From IMG/VR virus record IMGVR_UViG_3300029787_000010, positions 1-64,000 of that record: a stretch of DNA of 64,000 nucleotides; one strand, 5' to 3'. Under the pieces are notes generated by a model. It was not told the origin of the DNA. It ran no database searches and saw only the letters and a list, made by a program, of their open reading frames with translations. Every line of letters starts with the position of its first letter. Within the stretch, counting starts at the first letter, position 1. The DNA comes from a virus. The position numbers and the translations under genes were made by a program. This document shows positions 1 to 9,243 of this stretch, piece by piece.

Positions 1-38
1 CCGAAGAGGTCGCCATCCGCTTCGTCCGAACCCAGTGA
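1..38 (+). CDS. 3' end of an upstream gene (partial, ...EEVAIRFVRTQ*)
   Basis: Open frame from the window edge to TGA at 36-38. Confidence 0.4.
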   Translation, partial: EEVAIRFVRTQ

Positions 39-162
39 GCACAGACACTCAAACATGTGTGGCCAGTAGGGGGCCTGTACCCGCCACCCCGTGGGGTGCA
101 TACCACGGAACCAACCAGCAGCGATGCTAAAGCGACTTGGCGAACACCAAGAACAGGACAGG

Positions 163-199
163 CAGTCGCCTGCCCCACCGACCGTGGGGCGGGTGGCTG
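163..199 (+). promoter_or_regulatory. 16-bp RNA hairpin just upstream of the RBS of the 223 gene
   Basis: cagtcgcctgccccac (163-178) pairs with gtggggcgggtggctg (184-199) using 3 G-U pairs, 5-nt loop. Confidence 0.6.
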
Positions 200-222
200 A
201 CCCAAACAAAGGAGAGATTACC

Positions 223-444
223 ATGGCATGGGGACCACGAACACCGGAACAAGCAGAAGAACACCACCGACAAACAATGATGGCAGCAGCAGCCAAGCCG
301 CACAAGGAAAAAGCGGAACGACTTGAGGCGCGTTGTGCTAAGCAAGAGCGTGTCATTGACATACTCATCAGACATCTCAGACAGCATTGTGATGCCGACT
401 TCGTCATTGAGTTGATAGCAGAACTACTGGGGGCGGACGAATGA
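223..444 (+). CDS. Hypothetical coiled-coil protein (73 aa)
   Basis: AAGGAG RBS before ATG 223; the ORF-track start at 91 runs through the hairpin and is unlikely. Confidence 0.7.
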   Translation: MAWGPRTPEQAEEHHRQTMMAAAAKPHKEKAERLEARCAKQERVIDILIRHLRQHCDADFVIELIAELLGADE

Positions 445-593
445 GTCGCCTCCATTTTAGGAGGCTAAACTCGCAGCCCTACTGCGGGGATTGCCGCAGC
501 GCCACCCACACCCCCACCATCCTCACCCCCTCCGAGGGGCCATCCGATTCACACAGCCAGTCATGGCTACGCATACTATAGGGAGAGAAACAC

Positions 594-869
594 ATGACAC
601 AACCAAGTAAAGAATCCACCGACGAACTGTTCATGGTGCCTACCCGAAGCACCCGGGACTTGATTGAGTTAGCCATCCGAGAGACTGAGCAACTCTACAT
701 GAACGCTCTCGGTATCGTTGACTCATGCGCTCGTAGCGTGATGAAGAACCTCGCTACCGAAATCCTCACGACCCTTCGCTCCGCTGAGTCCACCCTCCCC
801 GCCGAGGTTCCCCGTGTGTCCTACCACGAAGGAGCCGTCACCATCAGCACCGTTCAATGGGAGGACTGA
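594..869 (+). CDS. Hypothetical protein (91 aa)
   Basis: GGGAG RBS; phage-like codon usage. Confidence 0.75.
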   Translation: MTQPSKESTDELFMVPTRSTRDLIELAIRETEQLYMNALGIVDSCARSVMKNLATEILTTLRSAESTLPAEVPRVSYHEGAVTISTVQWED

Positions 870-871
870 AC

Positions 872-1024
872 ATGACCAACAGGAGATACAGATACTGCAA
901 ATGCTGTGGAGCGAGACTCACAATCTCATTCTCTCAATACACGGACGATTATGCTTGCATCAAATGTGACTGGACCGGAGCGTTTGAGGAAACTTGGAGC
1001 ATGAAACCCTACTGGGAGGAATGA
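872..1024 (+). CDS. Zn-ribbon microprotein (50 aa)
   Basis: Translated by hand: MTNRRYRYCKCCGARL...ACIKCDWTG...YWEE; CxxC pairs; junction motifs at both ends. Confidence 0.75.
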   Translation: MTNRRYRYCKCCGARLTISFSQYTDDYACIKCDWTGAFEETWSMKPYWEE

Positions 1025-1030
1025 AACAGC

Positions 1031-1240
1031 CTCGCAGTCCCCTTTTTGCGGTGTTGTGCGGTGTATGCACTGCATGAAGTATGACCTTTTTCACCGTGGG
1101 GTTATCCTCATTATTCACTACTGTATAGAGAGTATATGTAACAATCTCTTAGTGACTTAAGGAATACCGCACAACCCTTTCCCCCATATTGCATCGTGCA
1201 TTGCATACTCCGCACAACGGTGCAAAATTGACACTGCAAG
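1031..1240. repeat. Long imperfect inverted repeat in non-coding DNA (candidate origin or structured RNA)
   Basis: 1053-1074 versus 1197-1218 are 20/22 complementary; further nested stems; CCGCACAAC occurs 3 times (one inverted). Confidence 0.7.
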
Positions 1241-1256
1241 CCATACTATTTACAGC

Positions 1257-1281
1257 CTTTATAAGGAGACATCAAACACAA
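1257..1281 (+). promoter_or_regulatory. Putative archaeal-type early promoter (TTTATAA)
   Basis: ctttataaggagacatcaaacacaa resembles the core of the 37-bp repeat and precedes the operon starting at 1303. Confidence 0.6.
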
Positions 1282-1302
1282 ACGAACAAAGAGGAATGAA
1301 AC

Positions 1303-1944
1303 ATGCCAATGACAGTAGGAATAAAGGACGGAACGAAGAAGGGATTCACAAAAGAGGAGTTAGGTTGGACCAACTCATTCACCATGGGAATACTCAGCAT
1401 GGTGACTGGCGTGAGCGACTTTGGTCGCCGTATCAGTTGGCGAACAGACGAAGTGATGACGGTAGAGAAAGCCCACGCTCGCTTCTGCATGGCTTGCCAT
1501 GTGGACAACACTTGGGATGAACTCAAGCCGTATGTCACGGACATCAACTTCGTGCAACGGATGGCTGACGCAGGCTGGTCTACCAACTGCGGTAGCAAGA
1601 CGGACCAAGAGTTCCTTGAGATAATGGCCGACACCATGGTTGAGAATGCACAGCGGGCCATCGGCGACGAGCGTGTCCACCTTGGGTGGCAACTGCGTCG
1701 CAACTTCCAAGGCACGGCTGAGCGTGAGCAGTATGCAAAAGACTGTGCACTTGGAGCCGTGCAGCGTATTGTTGAGGAACGCTACGAAGACGACGACTTG
1801 AACGCTGCTGCGGAAGAACTCGTTGACCACTTCAATCTGTACGGGATGACCGTCGCTTGGGACGAGCACGACAATGAACTGTGCTACGAAGTCAACGAGG
1901 ATGGAGACATCGTACTCACAGCCAAACTGGAAAAGGAGGAATGA
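1303..1944 (+). CDS. Hypothetical protein (213 aa)
   Basis: Junction motifs at both ends. Confidence 0.85.
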   Translation: MPMTVGIKDGTKKGFTKEELGWTNSFTMGILSMVTGVSDFGRRISWRTDEVMTVEKAHARFCMACHVDNTWDELKPYVTDINFVQRMADAGWSTNCGSKTDQEFLEIMADTMVENAQRAIGDERVHLGWQLRRNFQGTAEREQYAKDCALGAVQRIVEERYEDDDLNAAAEELVDHFNLYGMTVAWDEHDNELCYEVNEDGDIVLTAKLEKEE

Positions 1945-1947
1945 AAC

Positions 1948-2814
1948 ATGACGACAATGATATACAAACGAACTGTACAGAACAGTCTTGACTACGAACA
2001 AGGCCCCAGCGTGACGACGATTCTGCACGACAACTGGGACAGCATCAACGCACAGATTGCCGAGGTGCTGGAGCGCATGATACCGGGCAACCGAGAACAC
2101 TACGACTCGTACATGGTTGAAGAGTGGAACGACTGGGGCGACGAGTGGCGTGTTGAACAGCAGTACGCCAAAGGTGCCTTCATGTCCGAACTCTTCAACA
2201 GCGAGTTCGTACAGGCTGTCAAGCAGATGTACGGCTACCCTGTCCAAGCACGACTCACCATAACCGAACCCGTATTCCAATCGTTCCCCACGGAACCGGA
2301 GGAACTTGCGGCCGAGAAGAAAGCGATGGAAACATACCCTTCCACTTTCCTGCACGAGTTCACTGACCCCGACGACGACGAGGTGAACGAGGCCAATCAA
2401 GAGCGTGCGGGCAAGGCTATCAAAATGCTGTTCGCCATGTGCGACTACCTTCGCAACGGCGCACGGCCTCAACACAGTTCGTGGTGGAGTGCCATGCGTC
2501 ATTGGAAGGCATACGAGAACAGCGGAGCAATCAAAGACACCACGAATCACTTCCTGTTCACCGGACTGGGTGACCCTGCATTCTTCAACGCCGAGAACTT
2601 TGACGCACACAACATCACTTACCAAGACTACGAGCGAGCCAAGAACGATGCTGAATGGAGAGCGCACCTCGCTTACATGAAAACACCCGAGGGCAAGGCC
2701 GAAGAGAAAGCACGACAGCAAGCGGAGGCTGACCTTCGCACCTACATGGGCGAGGGTGGCTACACATCCTACGCTCGCAACGACAACGGCACAGTCACCG
2801 TGTGGAGAGACTGA
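1948..2814 (+). CDS. Hypothetical protein (288 aa)
   Basis: Long ORF with RBS junction motif. Confidence 0.85.
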   Translation: MTTMIYKRTVQNSLDYEQGPSVTTILHDNWDSINAQIAEVLERMIPGNREHYDSYMVEEWNDWGDEWRVEQQYAKGAFMSELFNSEFVQAVKQMYGYPVQARLTITEPVFQSFPTEPEELAAEKKAMETYPSTFLHEFTDPDDDEVNEANQERAGKAIKMLFAMCDYLRNGARPQHSSWWSAMRHWKAYENSGAIKDTTNHFLFTGLGDPAFFNAENFDAHNITYQDYERAKNDAEWRAHLAYMKTPEGKAEEKARQQAEADLRTYMGEGGYTSYARNDNGTVTVWRD

Positions 2815-2831
2815 AACAGGAGGAATGAAAC

Positions 2832-2978
2832 ATGACAAAGAAATGGACAACACGAACCGTAAGCAGAACATACCAAGGCCGACCCATGCGGGAGGTTGAA
2901 CGCATCAGTCTCACAGAAAGGCATCGCCGTCACCGGCTGGCCCACCCGAACGACTTGACAATGCGGAGGGATGAATGA
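2832..2978 (+). CDS. Small basic protein (48 aa)
   Basis: Translated by hand: MTKKWTTRTVSRTYQGRPMRE...; junction motif at 2820; ATGA overlap with the next gene. Confidence 0.7.
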   Translation: MTKKWTTRTVSRTYQGRPMREVERISLTERHRRHRLAHPNDLTMRRDE

Positions 2979-3988
2979 TGGCATACATCAACGAACGACA
3001 AGAAAACGGACAACTGAAAAACATCGCAATTGTTTGCGACCTAACCAAAGAGCGAGTGGAGAAGGCTGACGACCCCGTTTGGTTTGAACCCACGCTTCGG
3101 ACAAGTAAAGAAGAGCCGGACACAGCGCAGTACGACTTGTTCTGTTGCGCCTACTGCGAGCGAGGCTTCTCACGCAAAGCACTGGACACCTTGCGTTGGT
3201 CGTTTGAAACAGACCGAGACAGTGTGTGGGAGTTCTACTGTGGCGAGTGCGAGCACGACCTTGGCATCTTCCGCCTGCGACAGAAGGCTCACGGGATGTT
3301 GCTCAACTACCGCATGACGGACGACAAGTTCCTCATCCCACACTTCACGAGGGCGAAACGCTACGGGGACATCTACCCTCTTCAAGAAGAGGACACCACC
3401 CGCTACAAGCGTGGCCTTGAACACCGCATCTGCGAGTGGTTTGACAAGCGAGACGAGGCACGAGTAACTGAGTTCTCACTCTTTGACATGACCCACTCCG
3501 AGGAACATGGCTGGGGCGTTGAAGCAGAAGGCGATTGGTGTGACATATGGGACGCTGACCAAGCCATAGCGCAAGGCTTCAACCGATTCATGGACTACTT
3601 CTCTGCACACTTCATGCACTACGACTGGTCTTGGGACCGACGGGGCAACAGCAAAGGCAAGCGAGCCTTCGGCCTCCCCGAATACCACGACTTCCGTGTC
3701 CGTGTCTATGACTGGCGGATGCACTACGAGGATGGCATCGGTGGCTTCAACGCACCTGTCATCTTCCAAGTCATGATGTACTCGGGCGACACCGAAGCCA
3801 TGACACTCACCGTGCTGTGCAACAGCGAGTCCTACGGACAGGATGACCGATGGGACAACACCGACTCGTTCAATGCACTGGACTTGTACATGGCGATGGT
3901 TGAACACATGGGCCTGCGCTACATCAGTGCCACTACTCCGATTCACATCCGCAACAAAGCGACAATCACAACACCAAAAGAGGAATGA
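2975..3988 (+). CDS. Hypothetical protein with N-terminal Zn finger (337 aa)
   Basis: CAYC...CGEC pair. Confidence 0.85.
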   Translation: MMAYINERQENGQLKNIAIVCDLTKERVEKADDPVWFEPTLRTSKEEPDTAQYDLFCCAYCERGFSRKALDTLRWSFETDRDSVWEFYCGECEHDLGIFRLRQKAHGMLLNYRMTDDKFLIPHFTRAKRYGDIYPLQEEDTTRYKRGLEHRICEWFDKRDEARVTEFSLFDMTHSEEHGWGVEAEGDWCDIWDADQAIAQGFNRFMDYFSAHFMHYDWSWDRRGNSKGKRAFGLPEYHDFRVRVYDWRMHYEDGIGGFNAPVIFQVMMYSGDTEAMTLTVLCNSESYGQDDRWDNTDSFNALDLYMAMVEHMGLRYISATTPIHIRNKATITTPKEE

Positions 3989-4143
3989 ACATGAAAAAGC
4001 GACTGAGATTCTCACATCAAGAAGCAACTGTAGTGAACATCACCAACAATGGAAGCACGGTCTTCGTGACTATCCGCTTTCCACACGGTGACGAGATTTT
4101 CCTTGGGCGCATGAACGATGTGATGCTCAACGAGGAGGAATGA
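3985..4143 (+). CDS. Hypothetical microprotein (52 aa)
   Basis: MNMKKRLRFSHQEATVV...LNEEE; fills the gap between two junction motifs. Confidence 0.7.
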   Translation: MNMKKRLRFSHQEATVVNITNNGSTVFVTIRFPHGDEIFLGRMNDVMLNEEE

Positions 4144-4265
4144 ACATGACAAAACTATGCGACATCTGCCACAAAGAACCTGCGCTACCTGACTTCAAGG
4201 TATGCCAAAAGCACCACGACCAAATCATAAGTATGCGTGAAGCACTATTGAACTCGGAGGAATGA
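4140..4265 (+). CDS. Zn-finger microprotein (41 aa)
   Basis: MNMTKLCDICHKEPALPDFKVCQKHH...; CxxC and CxxH. Confidence 0.7.
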   Translation: MNMTKLCDICHKEPALPDFKVCQKHHDQIISMREALLNSEE

Positions 4266-4864
4266 ACATGACTGACACAGATATAGAACAACTGCACCCA
4301 TCACTGGGCAAGAAGAACGACGACATCCCACGGGTCTATGTGGCCTGCCTTGGATGCTACAACGAAGGTGTCCACCACGGCAAGTGGATGGACGCTGACG
4401 AACTGGAGGCCGAATGGGAACGGGAAGGGCGATGCTTCACAAGCGGGTTCTATCCCATGACAGCGTGCAAGAAAGAGCACCACGAGGAGTGGGCCATCCA
4501 CGACACCGATGGAGTGGAGTGTAGCGAGCACCCCGACATCCCCAAACTCATCACAGTTATGCGACTCATTGAGGAACATGGCGAAGGTTTCCGTGAGTGG
4601 TACAACTACTGTCCAAGCCACGCTAACTGGGACAACCCCGAAGAAACATGGCAAGACTGTTACCACGGCGAGTACGATTCCAAGAAAGCCTTTGCCGAAG
4701 AGTGGGCTGAGATGTGCGGGTACCTTGACGACATCACTGACGGATGGGGTCGCCGAATCAGCAACCCACTGCTCCGCTACATTGACTTTGAGTGGTACTG
4801 GCATGCCGACCTGCGCCACCACTTCGCATACTCCAACGGTCATGTGTGGGCGACCAACTACTGA
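4262..4864 (+). CDS. ardA: Antirestriction protein ArdA
   Basis: PRVYVACLGCYNEGVHHGKW, EEWAIHD, YHGEYDS..FAEE and RYIDFE motifs typical of ArdA; acidic. Confidence 0.88.
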   Translation: MNMTDTDIEQLHPSLGKKNDDIPRVYVACLGCYNEGVHHGKWMDADELEAEWEREGRCFTSGFYPMTACKKEHHEEWAIHDTDGVECSEHPDIPKLITVMRLIEEHGEGFREWYNYCPSHANWDNPEETWQDCYHGEYDSKKAFAEEWAEMCGYLDDITDGWGRRISNPLLRYIDFEWYWHADLRHHFAYSNGHVWATNY

Positions 4865-4876
4865 CACGAGACAACT

Positions 4877-4913
4877 GATTTCAACTTCTCTTTATAAAGA
4901 ATCAAAACAATAG
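4877..4913 (+). promoter_or_regulatory. 37-bp repeated promoter-like element, copy 1
   Basis: GATTTCAACTTCTCTTTATAAAGAATCAAAACAATAG, identical to 14513-14549; contains TATA box TTTATAAA. Confidence 0.8.
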
Positions 4914-4937
4914 TAAACCAAACTGGAGGACAAACAT

Positions 4938-6209
4938 ATGAACATACGAACTGCATTGAAAAACATGAACGAAGAACAACGAGTCACCTTTACGGACTGG
5001 CTGAACGAGAAGGACACAGGTAGCCACGGTCACAGTGTGACTGGCATTGACGGCTTTGCTAAGGCTGGCTTCCCACGAGCGTGGCTTGAGCCGATGGTCA
5101 ACCGTCGGTGGTCCAACTTTGTTCAAGTCCCCAAGGGCATCACGAAGTTGGCCAACGACACTGTCAATGGTCAGCCGATTGGATGGCACGAAGGCAGTGA
5201 GCGATGGGTGTTTCTGCTCACACCGAAAGACCAAGAGCGTGGCTACCTTGACAACAACTACCGTACTTGGACACAAAGTCGCACCAAGAAAGTGTGGGCA
5301 TCCCTGCCCGACTACGATGCGTGGAACGACAGTGAGCAAGACGAGTATGAAATTGACTCCATGACTGAACTGCACAAGCAGATTATGAAGCAACACGATG
5401 TTCACCCCGACGCCGAATATTGGCATCACGAAATGATGACCGAAGACAACTGTCGCAACTGGGGCTACAAGCACCCCGGTGTGATGATGGAGTTCCGCAT
5501 CCCCATCCGACCAAGCATGAACGGCTACGGTGACGAGTATCAAGAGTACGAGGTCACCAACAACTTCTACTACATCAAGTACGACGGGACGAAGCGCACC
5601 GAGTTCGTGGACCTCAAACGATACGCTTACTTCGTGATGAAGTCCGAGGAAGAACTTGACTCCCTTGAGGACAAGGTTGCCTTTGTCAAATCAAAGCAGG
5701 GAGAGAGTCCCGACATCGGCGCAATCGTCGGCCTCTTCGGTAGCGGCTATAACAACATTGATTGGCAAGACGATGAGCACAAGCCCCGCCCTGCCGAGGA
5801 CATTGCTAAAGAATTGCTTGCGGTTGACGAAGAAGAGAAGGCATCGTATGGGAAAGCCGTTGACAAGATGCGTCGGCAAATCCCCAACATTGACAACTAC
5901 ATCCGATTCAACGAAGACAAGACTCGCTGGGGCTACGACGACGAGAAGGCTCCACTTGGCTGGACGCTTGAAAACCTCAACTCAATGGGCTACGCCGATG
6001 TGCTGTGGAGCAACAACTTCATGCAACCTTGGGTTGACGGCATCGGCAACAGCAGTGTCATCAGTGCCTTGGCCGAACAGGTAGGTGGCGACACCACCAA
6101 GATTGTTTCACTTGGCCGTGGTTCAGCAGGTCGTGAACTTGCCGCCATCGCTTTGAAGGCGATTGAAGAAAACAAATGGTTCGCTGATTACAGCGAAGAG
6201 GAGGAATGA
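4938..6209 (+). CDS. Hypothetical protein (423 aa)
   Basis: GGAGG RBS; first gene after the promoter repeat. Confidence 0.9.
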   Translation: MNIRTALKNMNEEQRVTFTDWLNEKDTGSHGHSVTGIDGFAKAGFPRAWLEPMVNRRWSNFVQVPKGITKLANDTVNGQPIGWHEGSERWVFLLTPKDQERGYLDNNYRTWTQSRTKKVWASLPDYDAWNDSEQDEYEIDSMTELHKQIMKQHDVHPDAEYWHHEMMTEDNCRNWGYKHPGVMMEFRIPIRPSMNGYGDEYQEYEVTNNFYYIKYDGTKRTEFVDLKRYAYFVMKSEEELDSLEDKVAFVKSKQGESPDIGAIVGLFGSGYNNIDWQDDEHKPRPAEDIAKELLAVDEEEKASYGKAVDKMRRQIPNIDNYIRFNEDKTRWGYDDEKAPLGWTLENLNSMGYADVLWSNNFMQPWVDGIGNSSVISALAEQVGGDTTKIVSLGRGSAGRELAAIALKAIEENKWFADYSEEEE

Positions 6210-6442
6210 ACATGAACGACCACCAAGACAGCGAACACTTCGCCTACGACAAGACATGGGAAGAGATTGAAACCATGCTGGACAGGGCTGAACGCAAACA
6301 GAATCAACATTACACCGCCATGTTGGACGGGCCGAAGAAGAAACGGATGTACCACATGAGGAACTACAAAGCATTGGAGGGCGTGGTCAAGGCTCTTCGT
6401 TGGGTGCTTGGAGATAAAGACATTGACCACCCACTGGAGTGA
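6206..6442 (+). CDS. Hypothetical helical protein (78 aa)
   Basis: Junction motif at 6201; RNYKALEGVVKALRWVLGD. Confidence 0.8.
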   Translation: MNMNDHQDSEHFAYDKTWEEIETMLDRAERKQNQHYTAMLDGPKKKRMYHMRNYKALEGVVKALRWVLGDKDIDHPLE

Positions 6443-6448
6443 AGAAGA

Positions 6449-6664
6449 ATGATTGGACCAACAGCATACGAGATATACTTACAGACGAAGCACGAAGCCA
6501 TGAAGGAATACGCTGTGAAGCACAAAGGCATGCGGTACATCTACTGCTATGACTGGGGGGTTCTGTCCATGTTTGACAGCACCTTGGATTTCAAGAACTG
6601 GTGCTTCGCTGACATGATGGACAACGGCGGCGAGTACGCTGACAGAAAGGAAGTGGTAGAATGA
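6449..6664 (+). CDS. Hypothetical protein (71 aa)
   Basis: GGAGTGA RBS; tight packing. Confidence 0.7.
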   Translation: MIGPTAYEIYLQTKHEAMKEYAVKHKGMRYIYCYDWGVLSMFDSTLDFKNWCFADMMDNGGEYADRKEVVE

Positions 6665-6759
6665 AACCAATTGAAACACGACACGGCACAGCACACCCTA
6701 TCGGTCTTACGACTGACAGCGACGGACAGATGACACTCGTACTGGAGTTGATTGAATGA
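6661..6759 (+). CDS. Hypothetical microprotein (32 aa)
   Basis: MKPIETRHG...LELIE; ATGA overlaps at both ends. Confidence 0.55.
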   Translation: MKPIETRHGTAHPIGLTTDSDGQMTLVLELIE

Positions 6760-7601
6760 AAGCAAAAATGAAATACACGAAGATTGAAAACAAGGACGCA
6801 CGAAAGTGGCTTGAGGTCCTGCTGGAACCACACAACTGGGGCAAGCGAACCTTTGACGAACTGTTGCTGGTGCAACACTACGCACAGAAATACGAGGACT
6901 ACTGGTTCACAAGGAAGAGCACTCATTGGAGTTCCCGTCAAAATGGAGAACTGTTCATCGCTGCTGAACCGAATGTCAAATTGGAAGGGAGCGGACTCCG
7001 TGGTGTGTACGCCGGCTACCAACGCAGGCAGTTCAACATCAAGAGATACATCCACGGTGGCTCAAGCACCGAGGGCCTGCTCTCTTACCTTGCGAAGCGC
7101 AAGGAGCGTGGTGAGGACACCGTGTTCCAACAACAGGTGGACGAATGTGCCCGCCGCCTCAAACTCAACTACGATAAGAACACACTGCACGGCCTTCGGC
7201 GATTCACCGAAGAGAATGTCACCGAGGAGTACATTCGTAACCGTGTGAAGCAACACCTTGTCTCCATGAGTCAAGGCAACAGCAATGGATTGTCACTCAA
7301 CTTTGTAAACTACACGATGTTCTTGACACGCAAGGATATCAGTCGTTGGGAGAGCAGTGTACCCATCCTCAAGCCACAACCTGCCATGAGTGCCGAGGAC
7401 ATCACCACTTACATGCACAACTCACTGAACTACAACCGCCTCAAGCGTGATGGGTTCTCCGACGCACCCATCGCTGCGGCCATTCCGAAAGTGGTTGAGC
7501 ACCACTGGGGAGCCACCGTTCAAGGTATCAAACTCGCTGAGACAGCCGCCCGAAGTTGGTGTGCTGTTTGGACTGAACTGATTGGAGATGAAGAAGAATG
7601 A
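6756..7601 (+). CDS. Hypothetical protein (281 aa)
   Basis: ATGA coupling; RBS. Confidence 0.85.
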   Translation: MKAKMKYTKIENKDARKWLEVLLEPHNWGKRTFDELLLVQHYAQKYEDYWFTRKSTHWSSRQNGELFIAAEPNVKLEGSGLRGVYAGYQRRQFNIKRYIHGGSSTEGLLSYLAKRKERGEDTVFQQQVDECARRLKLNYDKNTLHGLRRFTEENVTEEYIRNRVKQHLVSMSQGNSNGLSLNFVNYTMFLTRKDISRWESSVPILKPQPAMSAEDITTYMHNSLNYNRLKRDGFSDAPIAAAIPKVVEHHWGATVQGIKLAETAARSWCAVWTELIGDEEE

Positions 7602-8014
7602 GCAACGAACAAGAACAAATAGACAAGAAGCAACAGCCGTTCTATCAAGAGTGGACACTGGGACAATTGAAGAACGCAAGGAACGGAGACACCGACCACT
7701 ACAGCCAAGGTAAGAACTGGGACAAACATTGGGGCATGACAGTAGGCGAACTCATTACCCAACTGTCAGCCTACCCACCCAGTCAGCCCATCGCCATCCG
7801 ACGAGATGTAGGGTGGAATGGGATGTGCAACTTTGGCATTGAGGTGGGCGAGGTTGTCGTCCGTGCCGACGGCGACGACGACTACACCCAGTGCCGTGAT
7901 GCAATGAAGAAGGGCGAGATAGACACGATGGTCATGGTTGCACTGATGTGCGAGGGCTACGGTGTTGAGAACATTGAGCCTCACGAGATTGAAGAAGAGC
8001 ACACGGAGGAATGA
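7598..8014 (+). CDS. Hypothetical protein (138 aa)
   Basis: Contains MTVGELITQLSAYPP, a motif common in small phage proteins. Confidence 0.8.
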   Translation: MSNEQEQIDKKQQPFYQEWTLGQLKNARNGDTDHYSQGKNWDKHWGMTVGELITQLSAYPPSQPIAIRRDVGWNGMCNFGIEVGEVVVRADGDDDYTQCRDAMKKGEIDTMVMVALMCEGYGVENIEPHEIEEEHTEE

Positions 8015-8017
8015 AAC

Positions 8018-8428
8018 ATGAACAAAGAAAGCAAATACACAGAACTAACGCAAGCCGAGACAATGAACCGACTGAACTACCTTGTCCAAGTACACAAGGA
8101 CAGAGATTACCCACTCTATGGGGTGAGGTCTTTGAAAATCACGCTGTTCTCACACGGCGACCTTGCACCTGTTGTCATTAGCATGACGAAGGCAAGGGAA
8201 GTCATTCGTGACACTTGGAAAAGAATGCCGCGTGATGCAGAACGCATGGTTGAAAATGGACTATTCGTTTCCGCTATCCCCACAATGGAACTACATCTCA
8301 CCAACTACGGTACACTGTGGCTGTCGGCTCACATTGAACGAGAGGCTGGCCCCGAACTGCAAGCGAAGTGGGACGCTGTTCAAGCGACCCGAGAAGAACA
8401 ATTCCCCGAACACTACGAGGAGGAATGA
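8018..8428 (+). CDS. Hypothetical protein (136 aa)
   Basis: Junction motifs at both ends. Confidence 0.8.
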   Translation: MNKESKYTELTQAETMNRLNYLVQVHKDRDYPLYGVRSLKITLFSHGDLAPVVISMTKAREVIRDTWKRMPRDAERMVENGLFVSAIPTMELHLTNYGTLWLSAHIEREAGPELQAKWDAVQATREEQFPEHYEEE

Positions 8429-8431
8429 AAC

Positions 8432-9079
8432 ATGATTAGGAAATGGATTGAAAAGAAAATTGAAGCACGAGTGAACGAATACCTTGACATCTTGCAGGAG
8501 AACGAATACTTTTCCGCCTTAGAGGTGGACGAGGAAGCGATTGCAGAACATGTGGAGGTTGACCCTGCACTGGTCGCCGAACACATTGAAGCGTCGGTCT
8601 TGGTTGACTACCTTGACCTTGACGACGCACTGGACGACGCACTGGACTACGACCGAGTCGCAGACTATGTGGACATGAACAACCTTGCTGACCACATCTG
8701 CAAGTACGACCTCGCCAGCGAGATTGACAAGCACGACCTCGTTGACTACATTGATACAAGCAACATCGCTTCCGAGATTGAAGTGAACGCACAGGAGATT
8801 GCCGACCACATTGACCTGCAAGACCTCTCCGACTATGTTGCCGACGAACATGCCCTCATCAGCGCACTGATTGACAACACCGACCTCGTGAGGTTGGTGG
8901 GCGAAGAGATTCAAGACAAGGTGGCTGATGCTATCACTGACACCATGAACCACATGGTGAACGAGAACACGACCAAGGTCAACGCTGTCGTTGAGGCACT
9001 GACCTTACTTGAGGACGCATTCTCCGGCGCAGTTGTTCAACTACGCTGGGCACTTGAGAAGAAGGAGGAGAGCGAATGA
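8432..9079 (+). CDS. Highly acidic protein with ~9-aa internal repeats (215 aa)
   Basis: Repeats such as DLASEIDKH / DLVDYIDTS / NIASEIEVN / EIADHIDLQ. Confidence 0.85.
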   Translation: MIRKWIEKKIEARVNEYLDILQENEYFSALEVDEEAIAEHVEVDPALVAEHIEASVLVDYLDLDDALDDALDYDRVADYVDMNNLADHICKYDLASEIDKHDLVDYIDTSNIASEIEVNAQEIADHIDLQDLSDYVADEHALISALIDNTDLVRLVGEEIQDKVADAITDTMNHMVNENTTKVNAVVEALTLLEDAFSGAVVQLRWALEKKEESE

Positions 9080-9243
9080 CTGACACAGAACCACACGATG
9101 ACTGGCAAAATATTGTGAATGCGTACCATCACCTGCTCACAGAAATCAAGCGGTTGCGAGCATGGAAGAAATTGGTGAGCGACATTGTTCAACAGCATGA
9201 TGGTTCACACTTGCGAGAGATGTTGAAGGAGATGATTGAATGA
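9076..9243 (+). CDS. KRLR-family microprotein (55 aa)
   Basis: MTDTEPHDDW...EIKRLRAW...LKEMIE; ATGA overlaps. Confidence 0.7.
   Translation: MTDTEPHDDWQNIVNAYHHLLTEIKRLRAWKKLVSDIVQQHDGSHLREMLKEMIE

Noticed and set aside
40-205. tRNA or self-cleaving ribozyme
   Set aside because: No cloverleaf or T-loop; no hammerhead core; I could not build an HDV-like fold by hand.
500-540. C-rich tract as a G-quadruplex on the minus strand
   Set aside because: Only three G3+ tracts with irregular spacing; nothing else supports it.
1375-2871. 498-aa minus-strand ORF (and similar ones such as 27137-28423, 4902-5543, 4301-4867)
   Set aside because: Antisense shadows of well-supported + strand genes; V/L-rich nonsense composition, no RBS or motifs.
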